Assembly (NCBI GenBank): GCA_003519445.1
Contig: DOWS01000020.1
Location: forward strand, 1 to 60,161
Length of the DNA stretch: 60,161 bases
Direction of reading: 5' to 3'
DNA from: Candidatus Daviesbacteria bacterium
GTDB taxonomy: Bacteria > Patescibacteriota > Microgenomatia > Daviesbacterales > UBA10151
The position numbers and the translations under genes were made by a program. The notes under the pieces were generated by a model. The model saw only the letters and a program-made list of their open reading frames with translations, had not been told where the DNA came from and made no database searches. Of the stretch, positions 18,035 through 27,431 are shown piece by piece. Each line of letters starts with the position of its first letter. Position 1 is the stretch's first letter.

Positions 18035-19176
18035 AAAAGCTATTCTTAATTGCTGTTTTGGGGCTTTTTTTGCTTAGCGCATTTTTTCTTCCTGCTTTTG
18101 CCGAATCTAACGAAGAACTAACCAAAGCTCTGCAGGAAAAACAGGCAGAGATTGCCAAGCTGGAAGCCCAACTTGAAAATGTCAAAGGCAATGAGCGGAC
18201 GCTAAAATCACAGCTTAATATTATTGACAGCCAAGGCAAAGTAACCACCTTAAAAATTGAGGAAACCAATTTGCGGATTGAAAAATTAAAAAGAGAAATT
18301 TCCGAACTTTCAACCCGTATTTCGCGAATTTCTGCCTCCTTGGATACATTATCTGAAATTCTGCTTCGCCGGATTACCCAAACTTATAAATATTCTCAAC
18401 TATCCACTCTTGATCTGTTCTTTTCTTCTCACGGATTTAGCGATCTGCTGCAGCGGCTAAAGTATGTCCAGGTAGCCCAAGCTTATGAAAAGAGAAAATT
18501 ATATGAGCTGCAGGCTACCAAGCAAGCTTACAATGACCAAAAGCAGGATAAAGCCACCAGGCAGGAGGAGGCGGAACAACTTAATAAAGCGCTGGAAAAT
18601 TATAAAAATCAGCTGGCAGAACAGAAAAAAGCTAAAGAAGAACTTTTGAGTGTTACCAAAAATGACGAGGCCAAATTTCAAGGGTTAATTGCCCAACTTA
18701 AAGCCGATGCCGACTCTATTGCCAGAGCCGTATCAAATGTTGGAGTTGTTATTGGGCCGGTCAAAAAAGGCCAGCAAGTAGGGTCTGAAGGAACATCTGG
18801 TTGTTCCAGTGGGCCTCATCTGCACTTTGAAGTTTATGAAAATGCCAAAGTGGAAAATGGCAAAGTCACCGGCACAAGAGTTGATCCCAAAAAATACCTG
18901 GACAACGGACAGCTGGGCCCACCTATGCAGGGGTATCCCGGATCAACACATATTAGCACTGAATACGGGGAAGTTTATGCTCTGGGAACACATACGGGTT
19001 TAGATATGTATGACGACAGGTATGTGGGAACTCCTATTTTGGCCGCGGCTGATGGAGTAGCTTATTCTATTGGTGACTCGGGATGTCGGGTTTCCGGATT
19101 TGATAACGGCCCAGCCAAAGGGGTAGTAGTTGACCACCAAAACGGCCTCGTCACCCTCTACTGGCATTTACTCTAA
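18031..19176 (+). CDS. Secreted coiled-coil murein hydrolase (EnvC/PcsB-like) with permuted M23 peptidase domain
   Basis: Signal peptide, long coiled coil, GPHLHFEV then HTGLD then TLYWHL. Confidence 0.85.
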   Translation: MKKLFLIAVLGLFLLSAFFLPAFAESNEELTKALQEKQAEIAKLEAQLENVKGNERTLKSQLNIIDSQGKVTTLKIEETNLRIEKLKREISELSTRISRISASLDTLSEILLRRITQTYKYSQLSTLDLFFSSHGFSDLLQRLKYVQVAQAYEKRKLYELQATKQAYNDQKQDKATRQEEAEQLNKALENYKNQLAEQKKAKEELLSVTKNDEAKFQGLIAQLKADADSIARAVSNVGVVIGPVKKGQQVGSEGTSGCSSGPHLHFEVYENAKVENGKVTGTRVDPKKYLDNGQLGPPMQGYPGSTHISTEYGEVYALGTHTGLDMYDDRYVGTPILAAADGVAYSIGDSGCRVSGFDNGPAKGVVVDHQNGLVTLYWHLL

Positions 19177-19196
19177 ATTATGGTATAATTTGTTAA

Positions 19197-19400
19197 ATGG
19201 CTACTATTAAACAGGTTTCAACTAAAAAAAATCTTGTTCCAAAAAGCAAAATTCCCATATCTTACTTAATTGATTATATTAAGGAGGGTTTTAATATATC
19301 AGATTTTATTGCATCTTACCCTTGGGTTAAACGAAAAAATGTAGAAAAAGCTTTGGAAGAAATTAAAAACAGAGAGTTTACCTCTGGATATGCCATCTAA
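19197..19400 (+). CDS. DUF433 family antitoxin
   Basis: IPISYLIDYIKEG..ISDFIASYP.V....V..AL pattern; overlaps the downstream PIN-like gene. Confidence 0.75.
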   Translation: MATIKQVSTKKNLVPKSKIPISYLIDYIKEGFNISDFIASYPWVKRKNVEKALEEIKNREFTSGYAI

Positions 19401-19794
19401 AAAATCTTATATTCCATTATATGCTGATGAATGCTTCCCTGTTCCCGTAACCACCTATTTAAAATCCTTGGGCTATTCAATCATTCACGCTTATGATCAA
19501 AATTTTATTCAAAAAAGCGATTATTTTCATCTATTCACAAGCAAGAAATTGAAACGGGTGCTTATTACTCTTGACCGGGATTTTTTATATTACAATCAAG
19601 TTAATCTTGATTCTCACCCCGGGGTAATTGTGATTTCTTCAGGTTCGGCAACACCCCCACATATCAATAAAATTTGTGAAAAACTTTTAAAGAATATAAC
19701 CAAAAATTTTATTAAGAATTCACTTATAAAAGCCACCATAAATAAGATAACCAAATTAAAACAAGGCGTTGTGGTTTCTGAAAAATTTTTATAA
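19390..19794 (+). CDS. DUF5615 PIN-like toxin
   Basis: LYADEC, SD, RVLITLDRDF, HPGVI. Confidence 0.85.
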   Translation: MPSKKSYIPLYADECFPVPVTTYLKSLGYSIIHAYDQNFIQKSDYFHLFTSKKLKRVLITLDRDFLYYNQVNLDSHPGVIVISSGSATPPHINKICEKLLKNITKNFIKNSLIKATINKITKLKQGVVVSEKFL

Positions 19795-19805
19795 AATCAA
19801 TTTAG

Positions 19806-20972
19806 ATGGCTAAAACCATTCTAAGTTCTTTATTTTTTGTTATTATCTTTTTTATATTAATTCACCCAGATGTTCTAGCCGAATCAGCTGTCATTAATGA
19901 ATTTATGGCAAATCCATCATCAGGTTACGACTGGGTGGAGCTTTATAATCCTACAACATCTTCCGTAGATTTAACAAATTGGATATTAGTAGATAGTACC
20001 TCAACAATGAAGACTTTATCAGGGACAATATCAGCAGGAGGATTTATGGCTTTTGAAGTTTCAACCAGATTAAATAAAACAAGTGATTCAATTTATCTTA
20101 AAGATTCTGGGGGTTCTACTATAGATAATTATTCTTATACCACAGAACCTGGCGCCGATGTAAGTATTGGCCGAAGTCCTGATGGGGGCAGTTGGACAAC
20201 GCTCGCCTCTTCTTCAAAAGGCAGTTCTAATGGCGGTGCTTCCCCTTCCCCTTCCCCAACTCCCTCGCCCTCTCCCTCATCCGCTTCTTCTTTTACCATT
20301 TCCAATGTTCCATCATCAATTGATTCTACCCAAACATTTACAACATCAATAACTCTAGAATTATCTTCATATCCCAATACTAAATTTTATTTAAAAGGGG
20401 CTTTTGTTAAATCCGGCAGTACTAATTATTTTGGCTACACCAAAGTAAATGATTCTTGGGTTAAAAATAACAATACTTATTCAGACCAGTATTCAATCAC
20501 TACTGATTCATCGGGTAAATGGTCGGGAAGTTTAGAAATACAACCCGATGTTTTTGATTCCGGCTATGAAGGCACTAATGATTACATCTTTAAAGTGGGC
20601 AGATATACCTCATCAGGCAATGGCCCAACCTGGAGTAATGAGATAACAATTAAAATTAATGCCAAAGAAGTGGAAATGGCCGAAGAAAATATTAATTTAT
20701 CTGCATTATCTGTTCCCAAATCCTCTTCGGTTTTAGGAGAAAGCAAAAAACAGGAAGATTTGCCGGAAACAGTTTATTCCCTGGAAAGATACAAAAAAAG
20801 CGCTTCACGCTCTGCTTTAGCCACTCCTTCATCCAAACCAAAAACAAAAGTCAAAGGGGAACGGATCAACTTTCTCATCCCCCTAGGAGCAATTCTTGTT
20901 ATAATTGGAGCCATCCCGATTTCTTATGCAATATATCACCAATTCAGAAAAAGAAACCAAAGAGCTAGCTAA
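19806..20972 (+). CDS. Secreted lamin-tail-domain protein with C-terminal TM anchor
   Basis: Signal peptide, VINEF.ANP...DWVELYN, SIGR.PDG, S/P linker. Confidence 0.85.
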   Translation: MAKTILSSLFFVIIFFILIHPDVLAESAVINEFMANPSSGYDWVELYNPTTSSVDLTNWILVDSTSTMKTLSGTISAGGFMAFEVSTRLNKTSDSIYLKDSGGSTIDNYSYTTEPGADVSIGRSPDGGSWTTLASSSKGSSNGGASPSPSPTPSPSPSSASSFTISNVPSSIDSTQTFTTSITLELSSYPNTKFYLKGAFVKSGSTNYFGYTKVNDSWVKNNNTYSDQYSITTDSSGKWSGSLEIQPDVFDSGYEGTNDYIFKVGRYTSSGNGPTWSNEITIKINAKEVEMAEENINLSALSVPKSSSVLGESKKQEDLPETVYSLERYKKSASRSALATPSSKPKTKVKGERINFLIPLGAILVIIGAIPISYAIYHQFRKRNQRAS

Positions 20973-21339
20973 AAAAATTGCTCAAAATCGCAAAAACAAC
21001 ATTATTGCCTTAACCGGTCCTTTAGGTGCAGGTAAAACCATCTTTGTTCAGGGTTTTGCCCAAGGATTGGGAATTAAAGATAAAATCATCTCCCCCACTT
21101 TTGTTTTGGTAAGGCAGCACGGAAACCTGCCTGCCGGCAGGCAGGTCTTTTATCATGTTGATCTTTACAGAGTAGATGATTTTAAGGATTTGGGGCTTGA
21201 GGAAATTTTGGCCAATAAAAATAATATTATTTTAATCGAATGGGCGGAAAAAATTAAAAAATTATTACCAAAAAACAGTCTTTGGATTTCTTTTGAAATT
21301 ACAGATAAAAACACCAGAAAAATTAAAATTCTTTCTTGA
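20926..21339 (+). CDS. tsaE: tRNA t6A biosynthesis ATPase TsaE
   Basis: GPLGAGKT, SPTF, H.DLYR, IEWAE. Confidence 0.93.
   Translation: MQYITNSEKETKELAKKIAQNRKNNIIALTGPLGAGKTIFVQGFAQGLGIKDKIISPTFVLVRQHGNLPAGRQVFYHVDLYRVDDFKDLGLEEILANKNNIILIEWAEKIKKLLPKNSLWISFEITDKNTRKIKILS
21125..21146. repeat. Perfect 22-bp GC-rich palindrome inside tsaE
   Basis: ACCTGCCTGCCGGCAGGCAGGT is its own reverse complement; encodes LPAGRQ. Confidence 0.92.
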
Positions 21340-22810
21340 TTTCAATTTCTATTAGTCCCACCATTTGTTTTTGGACAGTTGCCAAATTAGCAAACGGGCC
21401 TTGCCAGCCGGATCTGGTATCATTTCTATCCGGTTCCTTAATTAAAAAAACCAGTCCGGAAAAATTTTCTTGACTTCCCTGAAATTTATCCTGGCTGGGA
21501 ATATATTGGGGTTTGTTGACAGAATAAACATACTCACCTGGAATATACCCATACTTTTTTTGTCCATACCACCAGAAAAGATACTGGTATGGATAATCAT
21601 AAACCGAAGGTAAATAAGTATACACCTTAAAGTTTTTTCCATCCGCATATTTATAAACATAATCAATGGCAGCTATTTCATTTTTAAAAAGTGAAGGATC
21701 CATATTAGGTTTTCCTAAATCATTTAGGAAAAAATTGGCGATATTGGATAATCCAAAATAAATAATCGAAATAAATAAAGTGACAGAAAAAATCTTAATT
21801 AAAAAAGTTTTCTCCATCAATCTTTTGACTAAAAAACCAACCAAAATTATTCCTGCTGCCATTTCCGCCCCAAGATGCCAGGAATTAACACTCACAGGCA
21901 AAATCAGGTAACCTAAAAACGGCACCAGGATTAAGCTTAAAGATACAATCACAACCGGGTCTTTTTTCAATACAAAAAGCAAAGATGCTAAAATTATCCC
22001 CGCGAATAATTTATGATTCATTAAAGTAGCAGAAAACGAATCAATAAAAGAGCTAAAAATAATCTGGAAACGGGTCAAAATACTTAAATTTCCGGATTCT
22101 CCCAAATACTTTAGTATGGCTTTACTCATTAAAAACTCATGCCTTAAATCAAAAATAATCTGCGGCAGTAGTGTTAAAATAAATGCTCCAACCCCCACCC
22201 AAAACCATTTTTGTCTTAGAAAATGAATATTTTTTGTCAAAACTATACTTACTAGTATTATAACCGGCATAAATATTCCAAAATTCATTTCAAAATTAAA
22301 AAATAATCCTGCCAAAAACCAGGCTATAATAATAAATATCCCTTTGTTTTTTTGCAAGTATTCAACTAATAAATATACAAAAAGTGGCGTAAGTAATACA
22401 ACGGGGTTTGGGTTAAAAGCATAAAGATTGGTTAAAACAACATAATTTGAAGCAACCCACAGAATACCTATGGGGATTATTAGCCAGCGACTCCATCTAC
22501 CGACTAATTTCAAAAGAAAAAATCCGCCTAACGCCCAAAGTAATATTTCCAAAATAATAGAACCATAAGGATTGCCGCCCGATACAATATACGGCACTGC
22601 CAGAAGATAATACCAGGCCGATCCGTTAAACAAACCTTCAATAGCAGAATTTGGACCAATCAAACGAAGTTTTCCCAAAACCACCATTTCCCGGACATCC
22701 ACCATATCCCGGGCATTATCCATATTAAACAGAAAATTATTGTTAGAAGTCAAAAATAATCTGTAGATAACTCCAATAATTAGAATAAAAATTATTAGTT
22801 TGCTACTCAT
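21323..22810 (-). CDS. GT-C (ArnT-like) membrane glycosyltransferase
   Basis: F.MDNARD, LIGP, WYYLLA, FNPN; polytopic. Confidence 0.75.
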   Translation of the reverse strand: MSSKLIIFILIIGVIYRLFLTSNNNFLFNMDNARDMVDVREMVVLGKLRLIGPNSAIEGLFNGSAWYYLLAVPYIVSGGNPYGSIILEILLWALGGFFLLKLVGRWSRWLIIPIGILWVASNYVVLTNLYAFNPNPVVLLTPLFVYLLVEYLQKNKGIFIIIAWFLAGLFFNFEMNFGIFMPVIILVSIVLTKNIHFLRQKWFWVGVGAFILTLLPQIIFDLRHEFLMSKAILKYLGESGNLSILTRFQIIFSSFIDSFSATLMNHKLFAGIILASLLFVLKKDPVVIVSLSLILVPFLGYLILPVSVNSWHLGAEMAAGIILVGFLVKRLMEKTFLIKIFSVTLFISIIYFGLSNIANFFLNDLGKPNMDPSLFKNEIAAIDYVYKYADGKNFKVYTYLPSVYDYPYQYLFWWYGQKKYGYIPGEYVYSVNKPQYIPSQDKFQGSQENFSGLVFLIKEPDRNDTRSGWQGPFANLATVQKQMVGLIEIEIKKEF

Positions 22811-24284
22811 TTTTTGGCTTTCTAAATTGCAATCTTAAATCACCGTATTTTGTTTCGGAAATCAATTTGCTTTTACTGTCCTCTGCTCCAATTTCCAGAT
22901 TATAAATATCATCCGGTATTCCCACATGAGGTTCTAAGATAAAAAAAGTAATATCCTGCGGCTCTCCTATTTTCTCTAAAGCATTTGCCCCCAAAAGGCC
23001 AATTTGATTATGTCCTAAAAATTTTGGCACATATCCGTATTTTTTTTGACCATACCAGGAATAAAGATAGCTCCAGGTGGTATTGGTCCAAAGAGGAACC
23101 GTTAAAGTATTTATGGAAAATGGCTGACCAGCGGCTTTTTGGTAAGTTTCATCTATTAATTTTAATTGATTTTTTAAAACCATATCATTGGGGATTACAA
23201 GAATAATTTGTCCTAGCGGCCCGTTTTTAAAAACAGCATACAAATTGGAAATAATTATTAAAAAAATCAAAAGCACAACCAAAAACTTACTTTGTTTTGC
23301 AATAATTTGTATTAAATTTAAAACTGCCAAAATTGCCGCAACTGTAAGTCCTATATTTACATATGTATTACTGTGCCCTCCAAAAATAAAAATGGGCAAA
23401 TTAAAAAATAAATAAAAGAATATAAGTTTATTTTTGAGTAATATTAAACTTAAAAACACCAGTAACCCTCCCAAAAAAACATTGGTTGGGAAAAAATTAT
23501 AAGTAAACACTTCTGCAAACCTATTAAGATAATTTAATAAAAGTTCACCAAATTGCGGCCTAAAATCAATTTGGCCGGCAGGGGCAATGCTTAAAAAACC
23601 TGTTGCAAAATTTTGCAATGTTTGAAACTTTAAGCTTGCTATAAGAAAAGGGCTTAAACCAAATAAGGCTATAAGAATAGAAATTATTTTTTGTTTAAAA
23701 CCAGATTTTATTCTAAACAAATATCCAAAAAAGGGTATTAGAAGTAATAGGTAAATTAAGAAGAATTGGAATTGGACGGATAAAATGGCTGCTAGCACGG
23801 CAAGATAAAGTCCTAATGTTTTTCCTTTTTGCCACATTCTTAAAAAATAAAAAAACAAAGTAACTGTTAAAACCGCAGGAGCGGGATTAGAAAGCCAGGG
23901 AGCGTATTGGGTGGCCTCAAAAGAAACAGCAAAAAAAAGACCCGCCAGAACGGACAACTTGAAACTTTTAAATAAGTCTTTTGCCAAAAGCATAACTGGA
24001 ATAACAACTAGCGAGTTTAAAAATGAGAGCATTAATGAAGCTACTCTTGGATCTCCCCCTCCAAAACCGTAAAAAGGAGCCAGCAAATAATAATAAAGCG
24101 GGCCGTGGTATAAACCCGGTGTGGATGTTGGTGGGCCTTGTATTTTTAAATCACCATTCCAGATTTGCAATGCCGCAAAACCGTCTCTTGCCATGTCATA
24201 GTGAAAAGAAACCGCTCCTTGCGGAATATAGATAATCCGTAAGGCAAAAGCTAAAACCAAAATTACCAGAATCCATTTCAACAT
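22803..24284 (-). CDS. GT-C (ArnT-like) membrane glycosyltransferase
   Basis: FHYDMARD, QGPPTS, GPLYYYLLAP, LSNP. Confidence 0.78.
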   Translation of the reverse strand: MLKWILVILVLAFALRIIYIPQGAVSFHYDMARDGFAALQIWNGDLKIQGPPTSTPGLYHGPLYYYLLAPFYGFGGGDPRVASLMLSFLNSLVVIPVMLLAKDLFKSFKLSVLAGLFFAVSFEATQYAPWLSNPAPAVLTVTLFFYFLRMWQKGKTLGLYLAVLAAILSVQFQFFLIYLLLLIPFFGYLFRIKSGFKQKIISILIALFGLSPFLIASLKFQTLQNFATGFLSIAPAGQIDFRPQFGELLLNYLNRFAEVFTYNFFPTNVFLGGLLVFLSLILLKNKLIFFYLFFNLPIFIFGGHSNTYVNIGLTVAAILAVLNLIQIIAKQSKFLVVLLIFLIIISNLYAVFKNGPLGQIILVIPNDMVLKNQLKLIDETYQKAAGQPFSINTLTVPLWTNTTWSYLYSWYGQKKYGYVPKFLGHNQIGLLGANALEKIGEPQDITFFILEPHVGIPDDIYNLEIGAEDSKSKLISETKYGDLRLQFRKPKNE

Positions 24285-24324
24285 TTCACTTAAACTATAC
24301 TAGAATGTGTTAAAATTTCATAAT

Positions 24325-25257
24325 ATGAAAGTATTAGTAACGGGCGGAGCAGGTTTTATTGGTTCACATGTTAGTAAATTGCTTCTTGACCTTGGACATC
24401 AAGTTACAGTCATAGATAATCTTTCCCACGGAAATAAAACTTCAATAGACAAAAGGGCTGTTTTTGTGGACGCTGATATTTTACATCAGGAAAAATTGGA
24501 AGAAATTTTGCCCGGACACGACGCTGTTATACACATGGCCTCTTTAATTGAGGTAGGAGAATCTGTTAAAACCCCTGTTGAATTTGTGGAAAATAATATT
24601 TTGGGAACTGTCAAGCTGCTTCAGGCCATGAAAAATTCAGGCGTTAAAAAAATCATTTTTTCCTCCAGTGCCTGTGTTTACGGTGTCCCCAAAAAACTGC
24701 CAATTACAGAAGATGATCCGTTAGGTGAACAGGAAAATCCCTATGGAATAACCAAAACTACCATGGAGGAATTTTGTAAACTTTATAACAAACTTTTTAG
24801 GTTTAATGTAGTTATACTGCGTTATTTTAATCCTTATGGCCCGGGAGAATTACATAATCCGGAAACACATGCCATACCGAATTTTATCAAAGCAATATTG
24901 GAGAAAAAGCCGCTACCTTTATTTTGGAAAGGTGAACAAATTAGGGATTTTATCTATATTGATGATCTGGCAACTGCCCATGTCCTCCCTTTAAACCTGA
25001 CCGGCTTACACATATATAATGTAGGCACAGAAACCGGAGTGAAAGTGAGGGACGCAATAAAAATTATCTTTGATTTGGTTGGTTATGAGGTGGAGACGGA
25101 AGATAAAGGGGAAAGAAAAGGGGATGTGGCATCGCTTGTCGCATCAGCCCAAAAAATTAAAAAAGAACTGGGCTGGGAAGCAAAAGTTTCTTTAAAAAAA
25201 GGCCTTCAAAAAACCATTGAATTTTTTAAATCCCTCCCCCGCCCTTTTTCCATTTAA
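24325..25257 (+). CDS. galE: UDP-glucose 4-epimerase family protein
   Basis: GGAGFIG, VGESV..P, FSSSA.VYG, YGITK, LRYFN. Confidence 0.8.
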   Translation: MKVLVTGGAGFIGSHVSKLLLDLGHQVTVIDNLSHGNKTSIDKRAVFVDADILHQEKLEEILPGHDAVIHMASLIEVGESVKTPVEFVENNILGTVKLLQAMKNSGVKKIIFSSSACVYGVPKKLPITEDDPLGEQENPYGITKTTMEEFCKLYNKLFRFNVVILRYFNPYGPGELHNPETHAIPNFIKAILEKKPLPLFWKGEQIRDFIYIDDLATAHVLPLNLTGLHIYNVGTETGVKVRDAIKIIFDLVGYEVETEDKGERKGDVASLVASAQKIKKELGWEAKVSLKKGLQKTIEFFKSLPRPFSI

Positions 25258-25960
25258 CTGCAGAAAATAATGGATAAAAAATATCTTCTTTCTCGGGAAT
25301 ACTAAAATCATAAAAACTTTTGGTAAATTCTATGTATGAAACATCTGTAATAATAGCCAATGGTGTTTGTTCCGATCCCTCCCCCATTTCCAAAACCGCA
25401 GAGGTAGCCAAACTATCAGGAAGATTTGATGTTTCCATTTCAAACTTTCTTCCAAAAATATCTTTGGTTCCTCTGTAATCTCTTATTGGTTTAAATCCAA
25501 AATATCCTATAGCCACTCCCACTACACCCCGTCGCAGAGGCACAAGTCTTGAATCTGTTATTATTATTCCCAGATTTTTTACTTTAAACTTTTGGCTTAA
25601 AAACTGCCAAATTTTTTTGGCAGCGGCCTGCGGATCTTTTGGCCACAGCACATAAAATCCGTCCCCATTACTTTCATCTATTCCGGCAGATGCAATAAAT
25701 AAATTATTTTTTATGGTATGCAAAACAAGTCCGTGAGGAACTGTATTTCTGGGGAGATACTTATCAGTTTCTTTAATAGCCAACTCATCTTTGTTTTTAA
25801 ATTTCTCTATAGCTATGCATCTACCTTCACCAATTGAAACCACTTTGGAAGTTACTGCCACAACAGAATTTTCTTCCAAAGATTTTATACTTCCCAAAAG
25901 TTCCCAAAGATTATCTTTAGGAGGCATAAATTTTCTGGTTTTTATTGCCTTGGTAATCAC
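25226..25960 (-). CDS. CofE-family gamma-glutamyl ligase
   Basis: TSKVVSI.EG, SAGIDESN, IITDS...PLR.G, DIFGR, GEG.EQTP; GTG start inferred. Confidence 0.85.
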   Translation of the reverse strand: MITKAIKTRKFMPPKDNLWELLGSIKSLEENSVVAVTSKVVSIGEGRCIAIEKFKNKDELAIKETDKYLPRNTVPHGLVLHTIKNNLFIASAGIDESNGDGFYVLWPKDPQAAAKKIWQFLSQKFKVKNLGIIITDSRLVPLRRGVVGVAIGYFGFKPIRDYRGTKDIFGRKFEMETSNLPDSLATSAVLEMGEGSEQTPLAIITDVSYIEFTKSFYDFSIPEKEDIFYPLFSAVKWKKGGGGI

Positions 25961-25982
25961 AATGTGATAGTTTAACATCTAC

Positions 25983-27428
25983 ATGACCCGTTCTCAACTT
26001 TTTTTACTTCTCTTAATTCTTGCTCTGGGACTGTTTTTGCGGACATACAAAATTGTGGACAGGATGGATTTTGGCCACGACGCCGATCTATATTCCTGGA
26101 TTGTTAAAGATATTGTTGTCAATCACCATTTTAGGTTGATTGGTCAACTAACTTCCGCCCCGGGAATTTATATTGGCCCATTGTTTTATTATTTTTTAGT
26201 TCCCTTTTTTATCTTGACCAAGATGGATCCTGTTGGCGCAACTATACCCGCTGTTTTATTAGGTCTTGCAACAATAATAAGTTATTACTGGGTTTTTTCT
26301 AAAATTTTTAATGAGAAAGTCGGGTTATTGGGAGCGTTATTGTATGCAATACTCCCTGCAACCGTTAGTCTTGACAGGTGGATTGTGCCAACAATAACTA
26401 CTCCTCTTTGGTCTATCTGGTATTTTTACGCAATCATCATGGTATCCCGCGGAAGATTTCAATTTTTTTGGCTGCTGGGCTTATCTTTCGGGCTCATCTG
26501 GCATATTCATATTGCCTTAATTCCCGTTTTATTAACTCTTCCATTCGCTATATTTTTTTCCAAAAAACTTCCGGATTTAAAAAATATAGCTGTTTTTCTC
26601 ATATTTTTATTTGCAACATCCGCGCCATTAATTTTATTTGAATTCAAACACAATTTCAGTCAAACTTTCAGCCTGATAAATAATTTCGGATTGCAACAGG
26701 AAGACGGCCCAACAGGTTTTTACAGATTTCAGGTTATTTTGGGAATGTTAAATAAAAATGTCCAGCAGCTTCTTTTTATACCCTTCACTGCCGCTATTTT
26801 ATTATCTGGGATTTTATTAATAAAAACTAAATTAATTGCGTTAAGAGAAACAATGCTTATGGGTATCTGGATCATTGGCCCTTTTTTGTTTTTTTACTTT
26901 TCCTCCTCACCTCTATCAGAATATTATTTTTCCAATACCAATGTAGTATTTTTAGTAATTGCCTCTTTACTTATTTTTGCTCTATATAAATCCTCAAAAA
27001 AAGGTTTATTTGTTTCTCTGGCTATATTATTTTTTATTCTTATTAGAAGTTTTTATTTATTTTTGAACCAGGATTATTATGCTAAGGGTTACCCGGAGAA
27101 AAAATCTGCGGTTGATTATATGGTAAATGACGCAAAGCAAAAAAACTTCCCCTGTTTTTCCATAAACTACATCACCTCGCCCGGAGAAAATGTAGGTTTC
27201 AGGTATTTTCTTTTCCTTAAAAACGCCCATATTGCCGTAGCAGGGCGGGGAAGCCCGGTGTATAACATTGTCATACCCGATGAGTATGCTCTAAATGAGG
27301 TAAAAGTAAAATTTGGCCATATCGGGATAATACCTCTAACCCAGATCCCTTCACAAGATTTAATGAATGATGCCTGCAGCGGCCAAAATACCAATCTAAC
27401 TGATCCTATGCTTGGATATGTGGAATGA
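25983..27428 (+). CDS. GT-C (ArnT-like) membrane glycosyltransferase
   Basis: FGHD.D, LIGQLTS, GPLFYY; polytopic. Confidence 0.78.
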   Translation: MTRSQLFLLLLILALGLFLRTYKIVDRMDFGHDADLYSWIVKDIVVNHHFRLIGQLTSAPGIYIGPLFYYFLVPFFILTKMDPVGATIPAVLLGLATIISYYWVFSKIFNEKVGLLGALLYAILPATVSLDRWIVPTITTPLWSIWYFYAIIMVSRGRFQFFWLLGLSFGLIWHIHIALIPVLLTLPFAIFFSKKLPDLKNIAVFLIFLFATSAPLILFEFKHNFSQTFSLINNFGLQQEDGPTGFYRFQVILGMLNKNVQQLLFIPFTAAILLSGILLIKTKLIALRETMLMGIWIIGPFLFFYFSSSPLSEYYFSNTNVVFLVIASLLIFALYKSSKKGLFVSLAILFFILIRSFYLFLNQDYYAKGYPEKKSAVDYMVNDAKQKNFPCFSINYITSPGENVGFRYFLFLKNAHIAVAGRGSPVYNIVIPDEYALNEVKVKFGHIGIIPLTQIPSQDLMNDACSGQNTNLTDPMLGYVE

Positions 27429-27431
27429 GAT

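Noticed and set aside
19197..19794. DUF433/DUF5615 pair as a novel system
   Set aside because: Known type II toxin-antitoxin architecture
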